Notes: generated from the sequence alone by a model not told the origin. A stretch of 57,722 nt of DNA, filler included, from Jimgerdemannia flammicorona (GCA_003990765.1; 3 parts of 3 records of this genome joined end to end with filler, not necessarily neighbours in it); one strand, 5' to 3'; positions 1-13,323 are shown, counted from the whole stretch's first letter. Program-made: numbers and translations.

Positions 1-405
1 TGATGCTAACATGGCCGACACCTTCTCGGCCCTCTTATGGCGTCATCATGTCATTCGAGGGACCGGACGTCATTGTCTCCATCTGATCTCGATTGGGTTA
101 TCACAATAAGTATTGCCAAGCACGCGCCGTACGAGGCTTCATCTCTATAATCTCTGCTTGCTGTGTTTAACTTTCATGTATATACGTATGCAGACCTTTC
201 TCAAGTGCGCCCTCAGGTAAGCCCACTTTGTTTTTGTTCTATTGACTACCCATTTCCAAGTCCTGGTTGCCGACGTGAGCATTTGGCACACTTTCGCCTG
301 CAATAACTCTTCGACCCTTTTGGATTGTTTTTTGCTTTACAATCTTGGCATTTTTTGTACTTCCCGTTTTCCTGCCACACTTTTATTTTATTTTTATTTT
401 TATTT

Positions 406-436
<31 letters not shown>

Positions 437-3400
437 TATTATGCGTAAACTTCACACCGGCTCGTCAGCTGGCTTAAAAGCAACCAAGACCCAGCAACGT
501 GGCCGGGGCCTCGTCTATTCTCTCGCCCATTACATTCAGCGAACTCCCATACACCAAACACAAGGCGCCGGACGCGCGCCGAAAACACAATTGGAATAAA
601 CTAATTCGGCCATGATGCAATGGTCGCAGGGTCGCTCATATTCATTCTATTTTGTGGGGTTCAAATAAAATAATAAGACTTGAATCAGTAAGTTTGAGCG
701 AAAAACGATTCCCTGTCGGGAAGAGCGTGCTGCATAGGGCACAGAGGAGGGGCCCCAATATAGGCTGATGAAGATAGAGAAGACGGCGAGGGGGTCATAG
801 TGGTGGATTTGTAAGATAGAAAGAAGGAAAGGGAAGGGGGGAAATTTGCAGTAGAGGAAAGCGTTGCATATTGTTGGATAAAGAAGTAAGCATCGGATGG
901 CATGTGAGTTCAACTATCGTTCATCAATAATTCGCTTACTCACACCATCCCTTAGTTACTGCTCTCATGCGATTGCAATACTCACCAAATACCCAATCAC
1001 ACCCATATCTAAATGACGCATGCGATCTCGGCCAGCATGTACACATCGGATCTGCAAGGAAGAAGGTCAATGACATCTTGACAAGCCCATAAAAGCATAT
1101 AGCAAGAAGCTCCGCCTCGTCGCTTGAAAGGCTGATTGCTTTGAAAATCATGGGAGAAATCAGGAATTAGTTAAGGTGTGGTGAAGGAGTTTTTTATTTT
1201 TATTTTTTTATTTTATCTCTCATTCGCAACGATAAGATAATCCCAGTGTTCTTATTCTTTATGCTTGTCGTATTAAGGTATATAACACTTACCCGGAGTC
1301 ATGCCCATCCGTTCTCCTAGGACACTGGCGGGATATTCGATGATAACGTGAATGTGCTTGCAGGATATCGATCCTTCGGAGGACAAGGTTCTTGGGGCAA
1401 AAGTGTGCGGATTCTTGTTTTTCGACGGAAAGGGGGCGTCTGGCATGGTAGCCATGAATCACGCACTGGAGGGTAATATCACGACAAATAACTTTGTAGT
1501 CCTTTCCAGAAGATATAATGAAATGAGTGGGCCGGCGGATAGGTGACGTCAAAGTACTTACAATTCAAGAAAACGTTTGTATCGATGGGTTGATGGTTGT
1601 TACGGTGGATTTTAAAGCCAGGAACCCGTACGACGACCAGGCAAAGTTGGGCGGTGGCGTTGGGTGGAGAGAAAGAGAGCGCACGTTGCTACAAAGCCAG
1701 GCCTATGCAATAAGAATGGGGTGAAGCATCAGGGGTGGGAAGAGGTTCTGGTTCGATAAATGTGGCTTGGTAGTTCAAACGCCATGTATGCGTTAATTTG
1801 AAAATTTGTTTATTATATCTTTACACTCAAATACACGACATATGATAACTAATATCTGCCCCAATATCTAACTCCCGGAAAAAAAAGAAAAGAAAACAAC
1901 CCTCTTGGCATTACCCAGAAGCCACCACGAGGAGGTGGGGTTGCGTCGGCTTCCACGTACCTTATAACGCGCCGTCGCTCTAAATCCACCCATCCAGATC
2001 ACCCCCCTACGCCGGCCCCGCTCCTAATACGGGTGGGAATCATCCTGATGGTCCCATTGGACGAATCATCCACTTGCCGAGGAGAGTATTGCCGCAGCAT
2101 TCGCCACTACGTCCTCTTGACTCATCCGGCCCAGGTACGTGATCGAGGGCTTCGTGAGGGACGGAGGTGACGCTGTCCGCTTGACTCCAAAGCTCACTAC
2201 ACCTTCAAGGATGTGATTCAGCCGGAGGGACACCGCAACTCACCCGTGGGGCCATGGCGCTTGCTTCAGCAGTTCGGTGATACTTGGCAGGGTTTAAACC
2301 CCACACGACTGTGATGTCGGAGGCGCCACACTTAACCCGTACGCAACAAAAAAAGAGATTGCAAAATAATGTGAGAGACGGGTTTAGGCGGAAGAAATAA
2401 CAAATAAGATGATAAAATAAATGTAGTTCGGTCTAGAGACGCAGGCGCCGTGAGGGGAGTTGTTCTGTGGAAAAATAAAAGAAGAGGTTTCCGACCAAGT
2501 GCAGGGGGTTGTCGACGGAAGCTCGGGTAAAACACGATGGGAAACATGACGGAAAACACACAACGAAAAACATAAAGGAAAAGCGCGAAGCAAAACGCGT
2601 TCAGAGATCTGGTGGGATAATCCCGTGCGACTCGCGTCATTGCGGATGAATATCTGAAACGGCTGTCACGATCCGCAATGCTGTACCGGTGTTTCATGTG
2701 CACCAATGAGATTGTTACTACACACTCAGGCGCATTGTAGTCGCATAATGCATAATATTAAGGTCCAGTCCTTCCTGATAGCGCGTTTCAAAGAGAGGCT
2801 AGAAATTACAATTATAATCAGTAAATAACAAAATATTTAATATATTTCATATTATTTATATTATTTCCAATCTTATATTCGATCTAAGTTCTACAGTGTT
2901 CAATCACTATAATATGGTTCCGCTCAAAGAGTTTCATCAGCGTCGGCTTGTGAGCAAAGACGCCAACGGTTTCAGTCACAGCCCACATTATGTCCATATC
3001 GGGATTAGCAAGTCATACGGTTTTGCGCTATAGGAGAGGTTAGAAACTACCCGTGCGTCACACGGTCTAGAATTACATGTTGTCTTGAGAAGTGACGGAA
3101 TGGTCATGTGATGCTAAGCCGTTTGGCCTAGTGTCTTGATTTCATCACATCCTTGCTTCGACTCACGTGAGCAAAGTCGCGTTATGTCCATGTTGGGAGT
3201 GGCTTGTTGGTCACTGACGTTTCAACTTCAGACAAAACTAACATATATTTATCCGGGCGGCCACTTTTGAAATCGTCATACTAAAAGTGCCACCTCTTAT
3301 AATATATACTGCTATCCCTTTTGTGTGTGTTATCATTTTTTTTTTACTTATACATTTTATATAGTACTCTCAAATGAATAAAAAAAAAAATACATGAATG

Positions 3401-3677
3401 AGTTATGGTCAGACCCAGATACTGGATAGACAAAATTGGCCATTACTAGGCAATACTAATATTAATAACTTGAGAATATTATATATAGGCTCATTTAACA
3501 ATACTCTATACATTATGAAAATCAGTTTAGATAACTTCTTGTCATTTTCTCTAGTATATTATAGAATATATATATTTTTATAAAGCAGATTTATATATAT
3601 TATTTGAGATTAATACTTATATTATTATTAAATTCTAAATCAATATTCTGTGTAAGTATAGAGTAATATATAAATAT

Positions 3678-3724
<47 letters not shown>

Positions 3725-5291
3725 GCAGAGTTATATAAAGGAATATTATTCTATTTATGAAAAAAAAATCTAAAGAAAATTTACACAGTTCTCAGTAAAT
3801 AATAAGTTATATACTTAATAATTTCTAAGTTAGTCACAATGTTAAAAATAAACCATTATATAAAAATCAAGACTATTATACAGAACCTGCTAGAATTTAT
3901 CATTATATATCTACCAAATAAGTATATATATATTCAAGATTCAGTTAGTTTGAAATTCTCAGTTTATATTATATTTGTCTCTAAGATCAATAGTATAAGC
4001 TATAAACTATAGAAGTTATAAGTCAGAAGCTACAGAAGCTACAAGCTACTCAAGCTGTAAGTAACTCATTAAGAGATCAATTTTACTAATTTGTTATATC
4101 ATTATAGAGTTAAATAATTTTTTTGTAATATAGTATACTGATATATAAGCTTTATTAAATTATTTTATTCAAAATTTCCAGAGCAATTACAGTTATATAT
4201 TCAGTATTATAAGTATACTCTCTGTATATAAAACAACCTACTCATATTTATCTCAATTTTCTCAAAGCCTCAGACAGACTATCTAGATTATACTAAATAG
4301 AATCAGATTGGAGTTATACTAAAATAATATCAATTAATCTATAAGATACTATATCAAATAGTTTATTTTTACAAAGATAGTTAGAAAAGTAGCTAGAGAA
4401 TTTAAGATAAATATGATATAATTTATTATATACTAACAAAAAAAAAATAAAAAAAAATTAGAGATAAAATTCTTAACAGTATTTTTACACTTATTACAAT
4501 ATATATATATATGTTTTTATACTATTTACCTAATTATCATATTGCCAATCTGTTGTCACAACTATAATTATTTATTATTTTAATTATAGTTCATGGTTAT
4601 ACATATTTGAGAAATAATTATATATTAATATATAGTAAAATAATAAGAAATTCTACTTATTAGCATTTTAGTTCAAAATATAATAAACTGATTTATACTG
4701 TTTATATATAAAGAAAATTAAATTTATTCAAAATAATAAATAATAAACAATTATAAATAATAATAATAATAGAAAATATAACTATAAAATATCAAATATA
4801 TAAGTAATGAGCTATTAAAATTACTACTTTCTACAAAATACTTTGATCTTATATACTTATAATAAATCAACTAATATACTACTATAGTGATATGTAATTT
4901 GAATTTTATTTATAATAGCAGATACTTTAAACAACTATCAAGTTTGTACTAAAAGATCAATTAGTTTATACTGAATATATAAAGCCTACAGATAGATCAA
5001 TAATATGATATTAATAGTAGATATATAATAGAAACTAATATTAGATAAATATATACAACAGAATGAGGTATTAATATATTATTAAAAAGAATATAGTAAA
5101 TAGAAAAACAAAATAAAATCCTATAATAGAACTTTTATTATCAATATTCAAAAAGATTTTTAGATATATATAACATTATTTATCTATTAATTATTATAAA
5201 TAATTCAACTTTAGTTATATAATATAAAATAATAAAAAGGTTATTAAATCTTATTATAAAATTATTATAGTTAATAGTCTACAGGATATAG

Positions 5292-5787
5292 TGTAATATA
5301 GCAGACACTTACTCTTGAAAGTATGTCAGATTTCTGTATCTTGAAAACTTGACTGTTCTGACTCTCGCAGAGTCTCTTGAAGTTGCAGGGGAGAGTGGGT
5401 GAGTTCGAAGTATATCTGCCCATAGGCTTACTAGTTCCTTTGCTATCTCTTTGTTTTGAACTATTTCAATCTGAGATTTATTCACTCTTAAGATACTGGG
5501 TTATTTATACAAGTTTTGCTAGCTATAAGGTAGCTAAGTTATGAGTCATTTTCTGTGAGTCAGCAAGTATAAATTCTCTACATCTGCCAGAATCTTTATG
5601 ATTGTAAAGGATTTACATCTGTAGAATTTCTATAGTTGCCAAAGTTTCTACAAATGTTAAAGTTTCTACACTTGTAAAATATGACTGCTATTTGTAAGGC
5701 TAAGCTATATTGGGAATTGGATTCAGGTACTGTGATCAAATGTCTAATTCCTCTGATTCATGTTACTAATTCAGATTGACCATCACA
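5292..5787 (-). repeat. 3' LTR
   Basis: TGTAAT...CATCACA, colinear with 11549-12044. A purine-rich AGGAGAAAGT (PPT-like) lies immediately upstream on the minus strand (5788-5797). Confidence 0.95.
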
Positions 5788-5799
5788 ACTTTCTCCTGA

Positions 5800-6290
5800 A
5801 TAGGTGATTCATCCCTGAAGTATCCTATTCACTCAAACTCCCAGACTTCTATGATCTATATCTCCTTGTACTGTGCAATTTGCACCATCACATTCTTCCA
5901 ATGTTGTCTTCTAACCTGTCTGAAATCTCCTGGGATTACTTCTCAAAGATGAGCTAGAGCTGACTCATCATCTTTGAATAATTTATACACTCTCTTGGCA
6001 ATCATGATCTGAATGTAGGTGAGCTGACATTCTTTAATCCAGTCTTCTTTCCCCATCTTCAGATTTGAATTCAGTAGTTATTCTAGCTTGAAGTATTCCT
6101 AAAACTCAGTTCATGTTTGGTAGGCTTTGAAGTGCGAAATTCATGATAGGTGGGTCTGGACTATACTTTGTATACTATCAAAGGATTCCTCCATTGTTGG
6201 TGATTCAGTAGAACACCATTGTCTCTCTATGGCTCATTGGGTAGCGCTATTGATCTTGAGGGTAGCTGCATTACTTCATTGGCTGGTCAT
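5800..6290 (-). pseudogene. Extra ORF3 downstream of integrase, unknown function
   Basis: One reading frame from ATG 6290 (MTSQ*SNAATLK...MEESFDSIQ...IAKRVYKLFKDDESALAHL*EV...) whose interruptions are stops each revertible by a single transition. Confidence 0.6.
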
Positions 6291-7300
6291 GGTACTTCTT
6301 GAGTCTGTTTTGGTGGATAGTAGTGGGGATGATTGTACCTGAGAGTTTTCATAGCCAAAAGGTGGTCCCTTTTATATCTTGCACAAGGTAAGGTCCTTCC
6401 CACTTGGGCTCCAGTTTTCATGACCATAAAGCTTCTACCATATTCCAATACATTAGGACTTTGTCTCCTATCTTGATAATCTCCAGGGGTTTGTAGGTCT
6501 TTTCCACATTCCTCCATTGTAATATCTGTGCCTTAGTTATATAATCCTCAGCCTTCTTCCTGATTTGGTGTAGTCTCCATATTTCTGTGTCTATATGTTT
6601 CCATACAGCATCTCCATTAGATGATAGGGTTCCCTGAGAACATTCTTCTTCGAACAGTATTTCTTGAGAGATAAAGTGGGCACTTTGTGATCGGATATCC
6701 TGGAGAGCAGATAATGCTATTGGCAGATAGTGATCCCAGTTCTCGTAGTTATTGCAGATCTTGGTAATAACATTCTTGAGGGTCTTGTTGGTCCTTTCTA
6801 CTTGTCTGTTTCCTTGAGGGTGATATGCTGTGGTCTCAATATACTGGATCTTGTACTTCTTGTAGAGAACTTCGAAGAACTGGTTCACAAATTCCATTCC
6901 TCTATCTGTGGTTACTTGCATTGGGGTCTTGAATTGGCAGATGATTTCTTTGTGGAAGAAATCAGCAATTGACTGTGCATTGGCTTCCATGAGGAGTCCT
7001 GCTTCTATCCATTTTGTAAAAAGGTCTATGATGACAATGATGTATTGGTTGCCAGTCAAAGTCAAGGGTAGAGGGCTGATTACATCTATTGCCATGTGGG
7101 TAAATGGTACTGGTTCTATGTGTACTGATCCTGGGGTTTGATTTCATTGGTCTTGTTTCTGTTTCTGGCATTTATCACAGGTCTTGATAAATTGTCTGAT
7201 ATCTTCCTCTATCTCTGGCCACTATATTGTTCTTCTTGCCTTGTCATATGTATTTGTTCCTCCTAGATACATAGCCAAGTTCATGTACTGATTCCATCAC
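6271..7300 (-). pseudogene. Integrase (zinc-binding remnant, DDE core, GPY/F motif)
   Basis: IKTCDKCQ; IDLFTKW; TDRGMEF; TAYHPQGNRQVERTN; KLEPKWEGPY. Confidence 0.95.
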
Positions 7301-7529
7301 TTGCTCCTTCTTGTGTTCTGGTATAACTAGTAGTTTTTCTTTCTTCAGTATTTCTCTGTCAGTTTTGAATTATTTCTATGTTCTGTTGATAATCATTTGT
7401 ATCCATTCTTCCAGATATTGGGGCATCTTTCGCTGTCCCAGATATATAATAATTCCATAGTAGAGCTCCTTATTCATAACTAATTTGTTGGTTGGAAGTA
7501 GTTCAGGGTGTCTATGAGAGGGCATCTGC

Positions 7530-8790
7530 ATTGGCATTGGTTCTTCCAGAGTAGTGTACAATGGTTACATCATAAGCTTGCAACTTCATTATCTATCTGG
7601 CATAGATTCCTTTGGATTGTCTGGTTATCAGTAGCCAGGTGAGAGCTGAGTGGTCTGTTTGGATGGTGAAGTATCTTCCAGCCAAGTAGTAATGGAACTT
7701 TTCTATAGCCCAGATGACTGCGAGGCATTCCAACTTATAGGATTTGTATTCTTTTTCAGCTCCTCAGGTTCTGCAGCTGAGATATGTGATGATATACTCC
7801 ACTTTATCTTTCTTTTGAGCTAGGACTACTCCTAGTCCTTGTGCACTTGCATCAGTCTGTAGGCTGAATTCTTGAGTCCAGTCAGGTCTTCTGAGGATGG
7901 GTGCCTGGGTCAGTCTAACCTTGAGTTCATCAAATGCTTTTTGTTATCTGCCAGTCTACTGGAACTTGGTATCCTTCTTGTTAAGTTCATAGATTGGTCC
8001 TACAATATTAGAAAATTCTCAAATAAATCTGCGATAATAGGAGGCAAGTCCCATGAAGGTTTGGGCTTCCATAACAGTGGTGGGTCTTGGGTATGCTGCC
8101 ACTGCTTGTATCTTGAGAGGGTCTGTATATATTCCATCTTAGTTGATGATGTGACCAAGATAGAAGATCTCGATTTCTGTGAATTTGCATTTCTTGGGCT
8201 TGATATATAGGTCATGCTCTCTCAGTCTTTCTATTATCTGCCGGATGTACTACAGGTGTTCTTCTAGTGTCTGGCTGTAGATGATTACATCATCAACATA
8301 GACCATCATCCATCTTCCCATGTTATAGTAGAAGATTTTGTTCATCATTTGCTAGAAACTTGCTGATATATTGTACATTCCAAATGACATTTATAGGTAG
8401 ACGTAGGTTCCGTCTGGGGTGATGAAAGCTGACTTTTCACTTGCTATGTCTGTGAGTCTGATTTGGTGGAATCCTGAGTATAAGTCCAAAGTACTATAGT
8501 ACTGTACTTCATCTCTCAGTATTATGAGAATGTCATTGATGAGGGGCAGTAGTTGGCGATCCTTCTTGGTAACCATATTGAGCTTTCTGTAGTCAACACA
8601 GAGTCTTGGGGTAAATTCTCCAGACTTGCTGCCCTTTTTTGGGGCTAGTACAACAGGTGAGGACCAGGGGCTGCTGGCTTCTTTAATGATGCTAGCTTCT
8701 TCCATCTACTTGATTTCTTCTCTAAGCCATTCTTGGTAGACTGGTGGGACAGGTCTTGCCTTCTGATAAATTGGTTTGGTGTCTCCAGTA
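7530..8790 (-). pseudogene. pol: Reverse transcriptase and RNase H domains (disrupted)
   Basis: SSPWSSPVVLAPKK, RLCVDYRKLN and STLDLYSGFHQI; MVYVDDVII at ~8280-8306; RNase H QTDASAQGLGVVL at ~7825-7865. Confidence 0.95.
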
Positions 8791-9059
8791 TCTACTTCAT
8801 GATAGTAGTGTGGGGTCTTTCCTTTGATATTCTTGAAATCTGTGGCAAGGACATCTTCAAATTCATGGAGTATTTCCTTGAGTTCTTTCTTGAGTGGAAA
8901 TTCATTTCTGATGGTATAGCTGTGCTTGCTTGTGTTTTCCTCCTTCTTATGCTCGAGTTTGGTAATCTTGGTACTAGTGAATACTCCTCTTTCTATAGAT
9001 CCAAATCCTTTCTTTCCTCTTTTTGTTTCCTCCAGCTTCTTAACTTCTATAATCTTTGG

Positions 9060-9368
9060 TTATAGGATCAGAAAGATCAACATTTGCACCAATCAGTCCT
9101 TCTTCTTGACTGGAAATGGGATTGTAGGATTGTGATTCCTAGTAATAAGTAGAATTTCTCTAGTATAGTCTGAATCAATGACTCCTCCTTCAATTGTGAT
9201 TTCACTTCTAGCCAGACTACTTCTTGTCTTGAGAATCCCGACATGATCCTTTGGAATGGTCATCTCCAGTCTAGTTGCGAGTAGGGTGATTGTCTGGGGT
9301 TCCAGTATAGTCTCTTCTACTATAGTAATGTCCATTCTGGCTGTATTTTCTGACTTGTATTCTGGCAA
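9060..9368 (-). pseudogene. dUTPase domain within pol
   Basis: IPKDHVGILKTRSSLA and GGVIDSDYT match trimeric dUTPase motifs 2 and 3. Confidence 0.9.
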
Positions 9369-9779
9369 GACTGTATCAGGGTGAATCTTTCAAATCTTGA
9401 CCTTGATTTCTTCTTCATCATCACTGTCCTCCAGGAGAGCTGGTGGTTCATCATCTTCCTCCTTCTCTTCTTCTCTGGTCTGTTTCTCGAGGGCTTTCTG
9501 TCTTCTTTTCTCATGGATCTTCTTGATTCCGATGGTGTACTGATAGCAATCATTGATATGCTCCATATAGTATATCTTGATCCCATGAGGATAGACTCCT
9601 TGTAGTGCATAGTCTTCTGCAATCTTCTTATACTATTCTTCTTCAGAGTAGTCACCATATAAGCTTCCTCTTACTCACTTTCTTCTTCCTCCATATCAGG
9701 CAGGACTCCTTTGTTAACATTGATGGAAATTCATATCTTCTGTCCCTGATAGGTGATCTGCATCTTCTGAGTATTGAGA

Positions 9780-10085
9780 TCAATTACTGCCTTGGCTTTG
9801 TGAAGCCATTGATTGCCAATAAGAATGTCATAGTTGGTGGCATTGGTTACAATTACATCTACTGAGATAGTTGCTCCTTCAATCTTGATGGGAACATCTC
9901 AGATTTTTCCCAGAGGTGTGGCTCTTGTGCCATTGGCTGTAATGAACACCAGCTTAGTTGCTTCTTCCACATCTCAGCCTAGGCGGTCTACTGCCTTCTT
10001 GCTGAGAAGGCATTCTCCTGCTCCAGTATCAATGATGGCTTCAAAGATTCTATCTTCGATTTGGCATATTGCATAAGCAGAGGTT
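9780..10085 (-). pseudogene. Retroviral-type aspartic protease domain
   Basis: Manual translation gives FEAIIDTGAGECLLS...FITANG...YDILIGNQWL, with internal stops. Confidence 0.9.
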
Positions 10086-10119
10086 TTGCGATTGTTCTCA
10101 CTTTCTTCTCCTGAGTCCT

Positions 10120-11434
10120 CTTAAGCATTATTGGCCTTGGTTATCTTTCATCCTTGTTCCTTGGTTGTTTCGGTAAGTCCAAACCTCATTTGTTGTCTGA
10201 ATGTTGGGATTTCTGTGAGCTGACCAAAGGTTGCATTGACCTTTTATTGACTGAGGTCCTTGAAGATATCATACTTAAAGGTCTTGGTCTTGTGAAGCTT
10301 CTTTTCTTTTTCTCCTTTACTGACTGGAGTGGTTCCTCAGATGATATCTTGAACTGCTTGCTCTAGCTCCATATCTTAGTCCATCTCTTCAGCTTGGCTT
10401 TCTGTGGTGGTTTCTATCTGCTTTTCTACTGGGTTCTTCTTAGGTCTTCCTGGCAGTCTCTTGTAGGGTTCTTTGCGAACATCCTTCTTGGTGGTCTGAG
10501 CAGGATAGACCTCCTATTCCTCTTTATTGGATTCTCTGATTTCTTCAAAGGTGATTGTGTTGGTCTGTTCCTTATTTCTAGTAGCATTGCTTGGTTGGGC
10601 CTTACGCTTGGTTTCACTCATACATTCATATGAGTAGTGGCCTTCTTCTCCACAGCTGTAGCAGGTACCTTTCTTCTTGTCTGAGGTGGTAGTAAACTTC
10701 TGAACAGGGTGGTAGTCTCTTCCTCGAATTTCCTTTACCACATCTCCCAGGTGGGCAGTCATTTCAGCAAACCTTTTGGTGAGTTCCTCCATAGGGTCAC
10801 TGTTCTTTTACTACTCTGTAGCTTTTAACTGAGGTGTGTTTTGATTGATCATTGTGGTAGGGATCACACTGGTTGCCTTGGGTGCTTCGATTTTGACTCC
10901 CATGACCCTTTCCATTGTATGGTCTTGTGGATATCTGGCTATCCAGTATCACTGAGCATAGGTGACCTTCTGTAGCAGGTCCAGAATTACTGGTGATGAG
11001 TGGATAGCCATGGCTATCTCTGGGTGGACTCCTTTCATGAAGGTTGCTTCAGCTACTTGGTCTCAGATAGCATTGGCATAATCTGCAAGGATTATCTGAT
11101 ATTGGATTCTGATGTAGAATGTGTTTGGATCTTCACTCATTCCTTGGCATATTATATTGAGCTGATCCTTCAGAGCTTGCTTGATCTTGTCTGTATAGTA
11201 TATATTTCAGAGCCAGGTCTTCTGTGCTATTAGTATAGCATTGGCATCATTTCCTGCATGGGTTGCGGCTGTGAATGCTGCTCTAGCAGGACCTCGTAGA
11301 CTGAAGGACATGAGGGCTATTTGCTGTGCTGCTGTCAGGGTCCTTATAGTGGCATACTGCTCGAAATTGTCAATGAAGGTGAAGATTGATTCATCTGAGG
11401 TATATCTGTAGAATACTGGTGGTCTCATATCCAT
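10120..11434 (-). pseudogene. gag: Gag (disrupted) with CCHC zinc knuckle
   Basis: MDMRPPVFY...FIDNFEQYA N-terminus and CYSCGEEGHYSYEC knuckle (ORF 10514-10792). Broken by stops. The 3' end is approximate. Confidence 0.85.
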
Positions 11435-11530
11435 CTTGTCTGGGTATTGGGGCTCGGTTTGTATGGTTGTTTGGGTAGTGGCAGTTGTTCATTGTTCAGC
11501 TTGAAAGTGAGGGATTCGTCTTGAATCACT

Positions 11531-11545
11531 AGCCAATGGGCACCA
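11531..11545 (-). other. Putative primer-binding site
   Basis: TGGTGCCCATTGGCT starts 3 nt inside the 5' LTR boundary; TGG is complementary to tRNA CCA. The cognate tRNA was not determined. Confidence 0.55.
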
Positions 11546-11548
11546 AGT

Positions 11549-12044
11549 TGTAATGTAGCAGATGCTTATTCTTAAAAGTACATTGGATTTCTGTATCTTG
11601 AAAACTTGACTGTTCTGACTCTCACAGAGTCTCTTGAAGTTGCAGGGGAGGGTGGGTGAGTTCAAAGTGTATCTGCCCGCAGGCTTACTAATTCCTTTAC
11701 TATCTCTTTGCTTTGAACTATTTCAATCTGAGGTTTATTCACTCTTAAGATACTGGGTTATTTATATAAGTTTTGCTAGCTATAAGGTGGCTAAGTTATA
11801 AGTCATTTTCTGTAAGTCAGCAAGTATAAATTCTCTACATCTGCCAGAATCTTTATGATCATAAAGGATTTACATCTGTAGAATTTCTATAGTTGCCAAA
11901 GTTTCTATAAATGTTAAAGTTTCTATACTTATAAAATATGACTGCTATTTGTAAGGCTAAGCTATATTGGGAATTGGATTCAGATACCATGATCAAATAT
12001 CTAATTCCCCTGATTCATGTTACTAATTCGGATTGACCATCACA
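11549..12044 (-). repeat. 5' LTR
   Basis: Same length as the other LTR. About 34 substitutions by manual alignment, no indels seen. Confidence 0.95.
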
Positions 12045-13287
12045 ATAGTTAACAGAGTTGATAATCTATAGTAACCTTTATTAGCTTAGATCAATGAAGA
12101 GATATATACAGTAGTTAAACTTTCTATAACCAGTCTATTCTTCTAACTAGACAGTACTGCTCTCATTATTATTGTTAATACTAATATGCTCTAATACTAT
12201 ATATGTAGTAATTGAGCTCTTTATATAAGAGATAATTGAGATATCAGGAGAGTTAGTAGTATTTTGTGAGAATAGTGAGAGAGAGAGAGACTTTCTAAGA
12301 AAGATAGAGTGAGGAGCACATATATATTAGTATTATGTCATAGATGGTTAGTAATAAAGTAAAAGTTTATATAACTATTAAAAAAAAAAAAAGTATAGAA
12401 AATGTATACAATATATCTTAAATATAGAGTATGACAGCCTTTTTAAACAACTGCTCTATTTCATATTCTTTAAATGAAAACTTCAATTTATGAATATATT
12501 TCAAAAAGATGAACATATTAACTATTATACAGTTATCATTATTTGTATATTTATCAGTATATACTTATCCCTTTATATAATTATAGCTGAATTATATTAT
12601 CTTGCCTGATATCTTACTAAGAACTTTCAATAAAAGAGAGTACAAGAAAATATATATAAGATTTATAACTATATTGATCTACTTAAGATTGAAAAAATAG
12701 TTTATGATCTGTATAATGATATTGACTCAGATAAAGACAATAAGATGATCAATATCTCTGATATTCCTCTTTCATTAAATAAGAATAATCTGATCCAAGG
12801 AAGAGATAAACAGAATATAGAGCAGAATACTTAATAGGAGAAACTGTTTACAGAAGAAGAAAATATTTATAGAAGAGAAGTGTCTGGAGAGAAAAATATT
12901 CACAAAAGTATTTGTAAACAAAAAAAAAAAAAAAAATTCTTTTTTGGAAATTCAACCTTGTGTTTGCTTATTGTTTGCAAGCTATTTATATCTATAGAAT
13001 ATAAGTTCATAATCACATTAAAGAGTTTATATCTATGGAATATCAGTTTATATCTATAGCAAATGTTTGAAGCTACATATATATGTTCCTATCTATAAAA
13101 TATATTTGAGTTTATAACATACTATTGTAAATATATATTAGAATTCATAGATCTCTGACAAATATACTTAGAACTGAATTATTTTTTCATGATATAGCTT
13201 TCACAGGATCTGATTACTAAACATCCAGATATAATAATTATATATATTAGAAAACTGGCAAGCCACTTTTTTGACTTTATTCAATTG

Positions 13288-13289
<2 letters not shown>

Positions 13290-13323
<34 letters not shown>

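Larger units (their letters stand above)
5292..12044 (-). mobile_element. Full-length degenerate Ty3/Gypsy LTR retrotransposon
   Basis: Two 496-bp TG...CA direct repeats. ATAG lies on both flanks (5288-5291 and 12045-12048). Internal domain order on the minus strand is gag, PR, dUTPase, RT, RNase H, IN. Many in-frame stops. Confidence 0.96.

Noticed and set aside
647..1724. Short ORFs and splice-like signals on the minus strand
   Set aside because: No recognisable motif and no consistent exon chain could be built.
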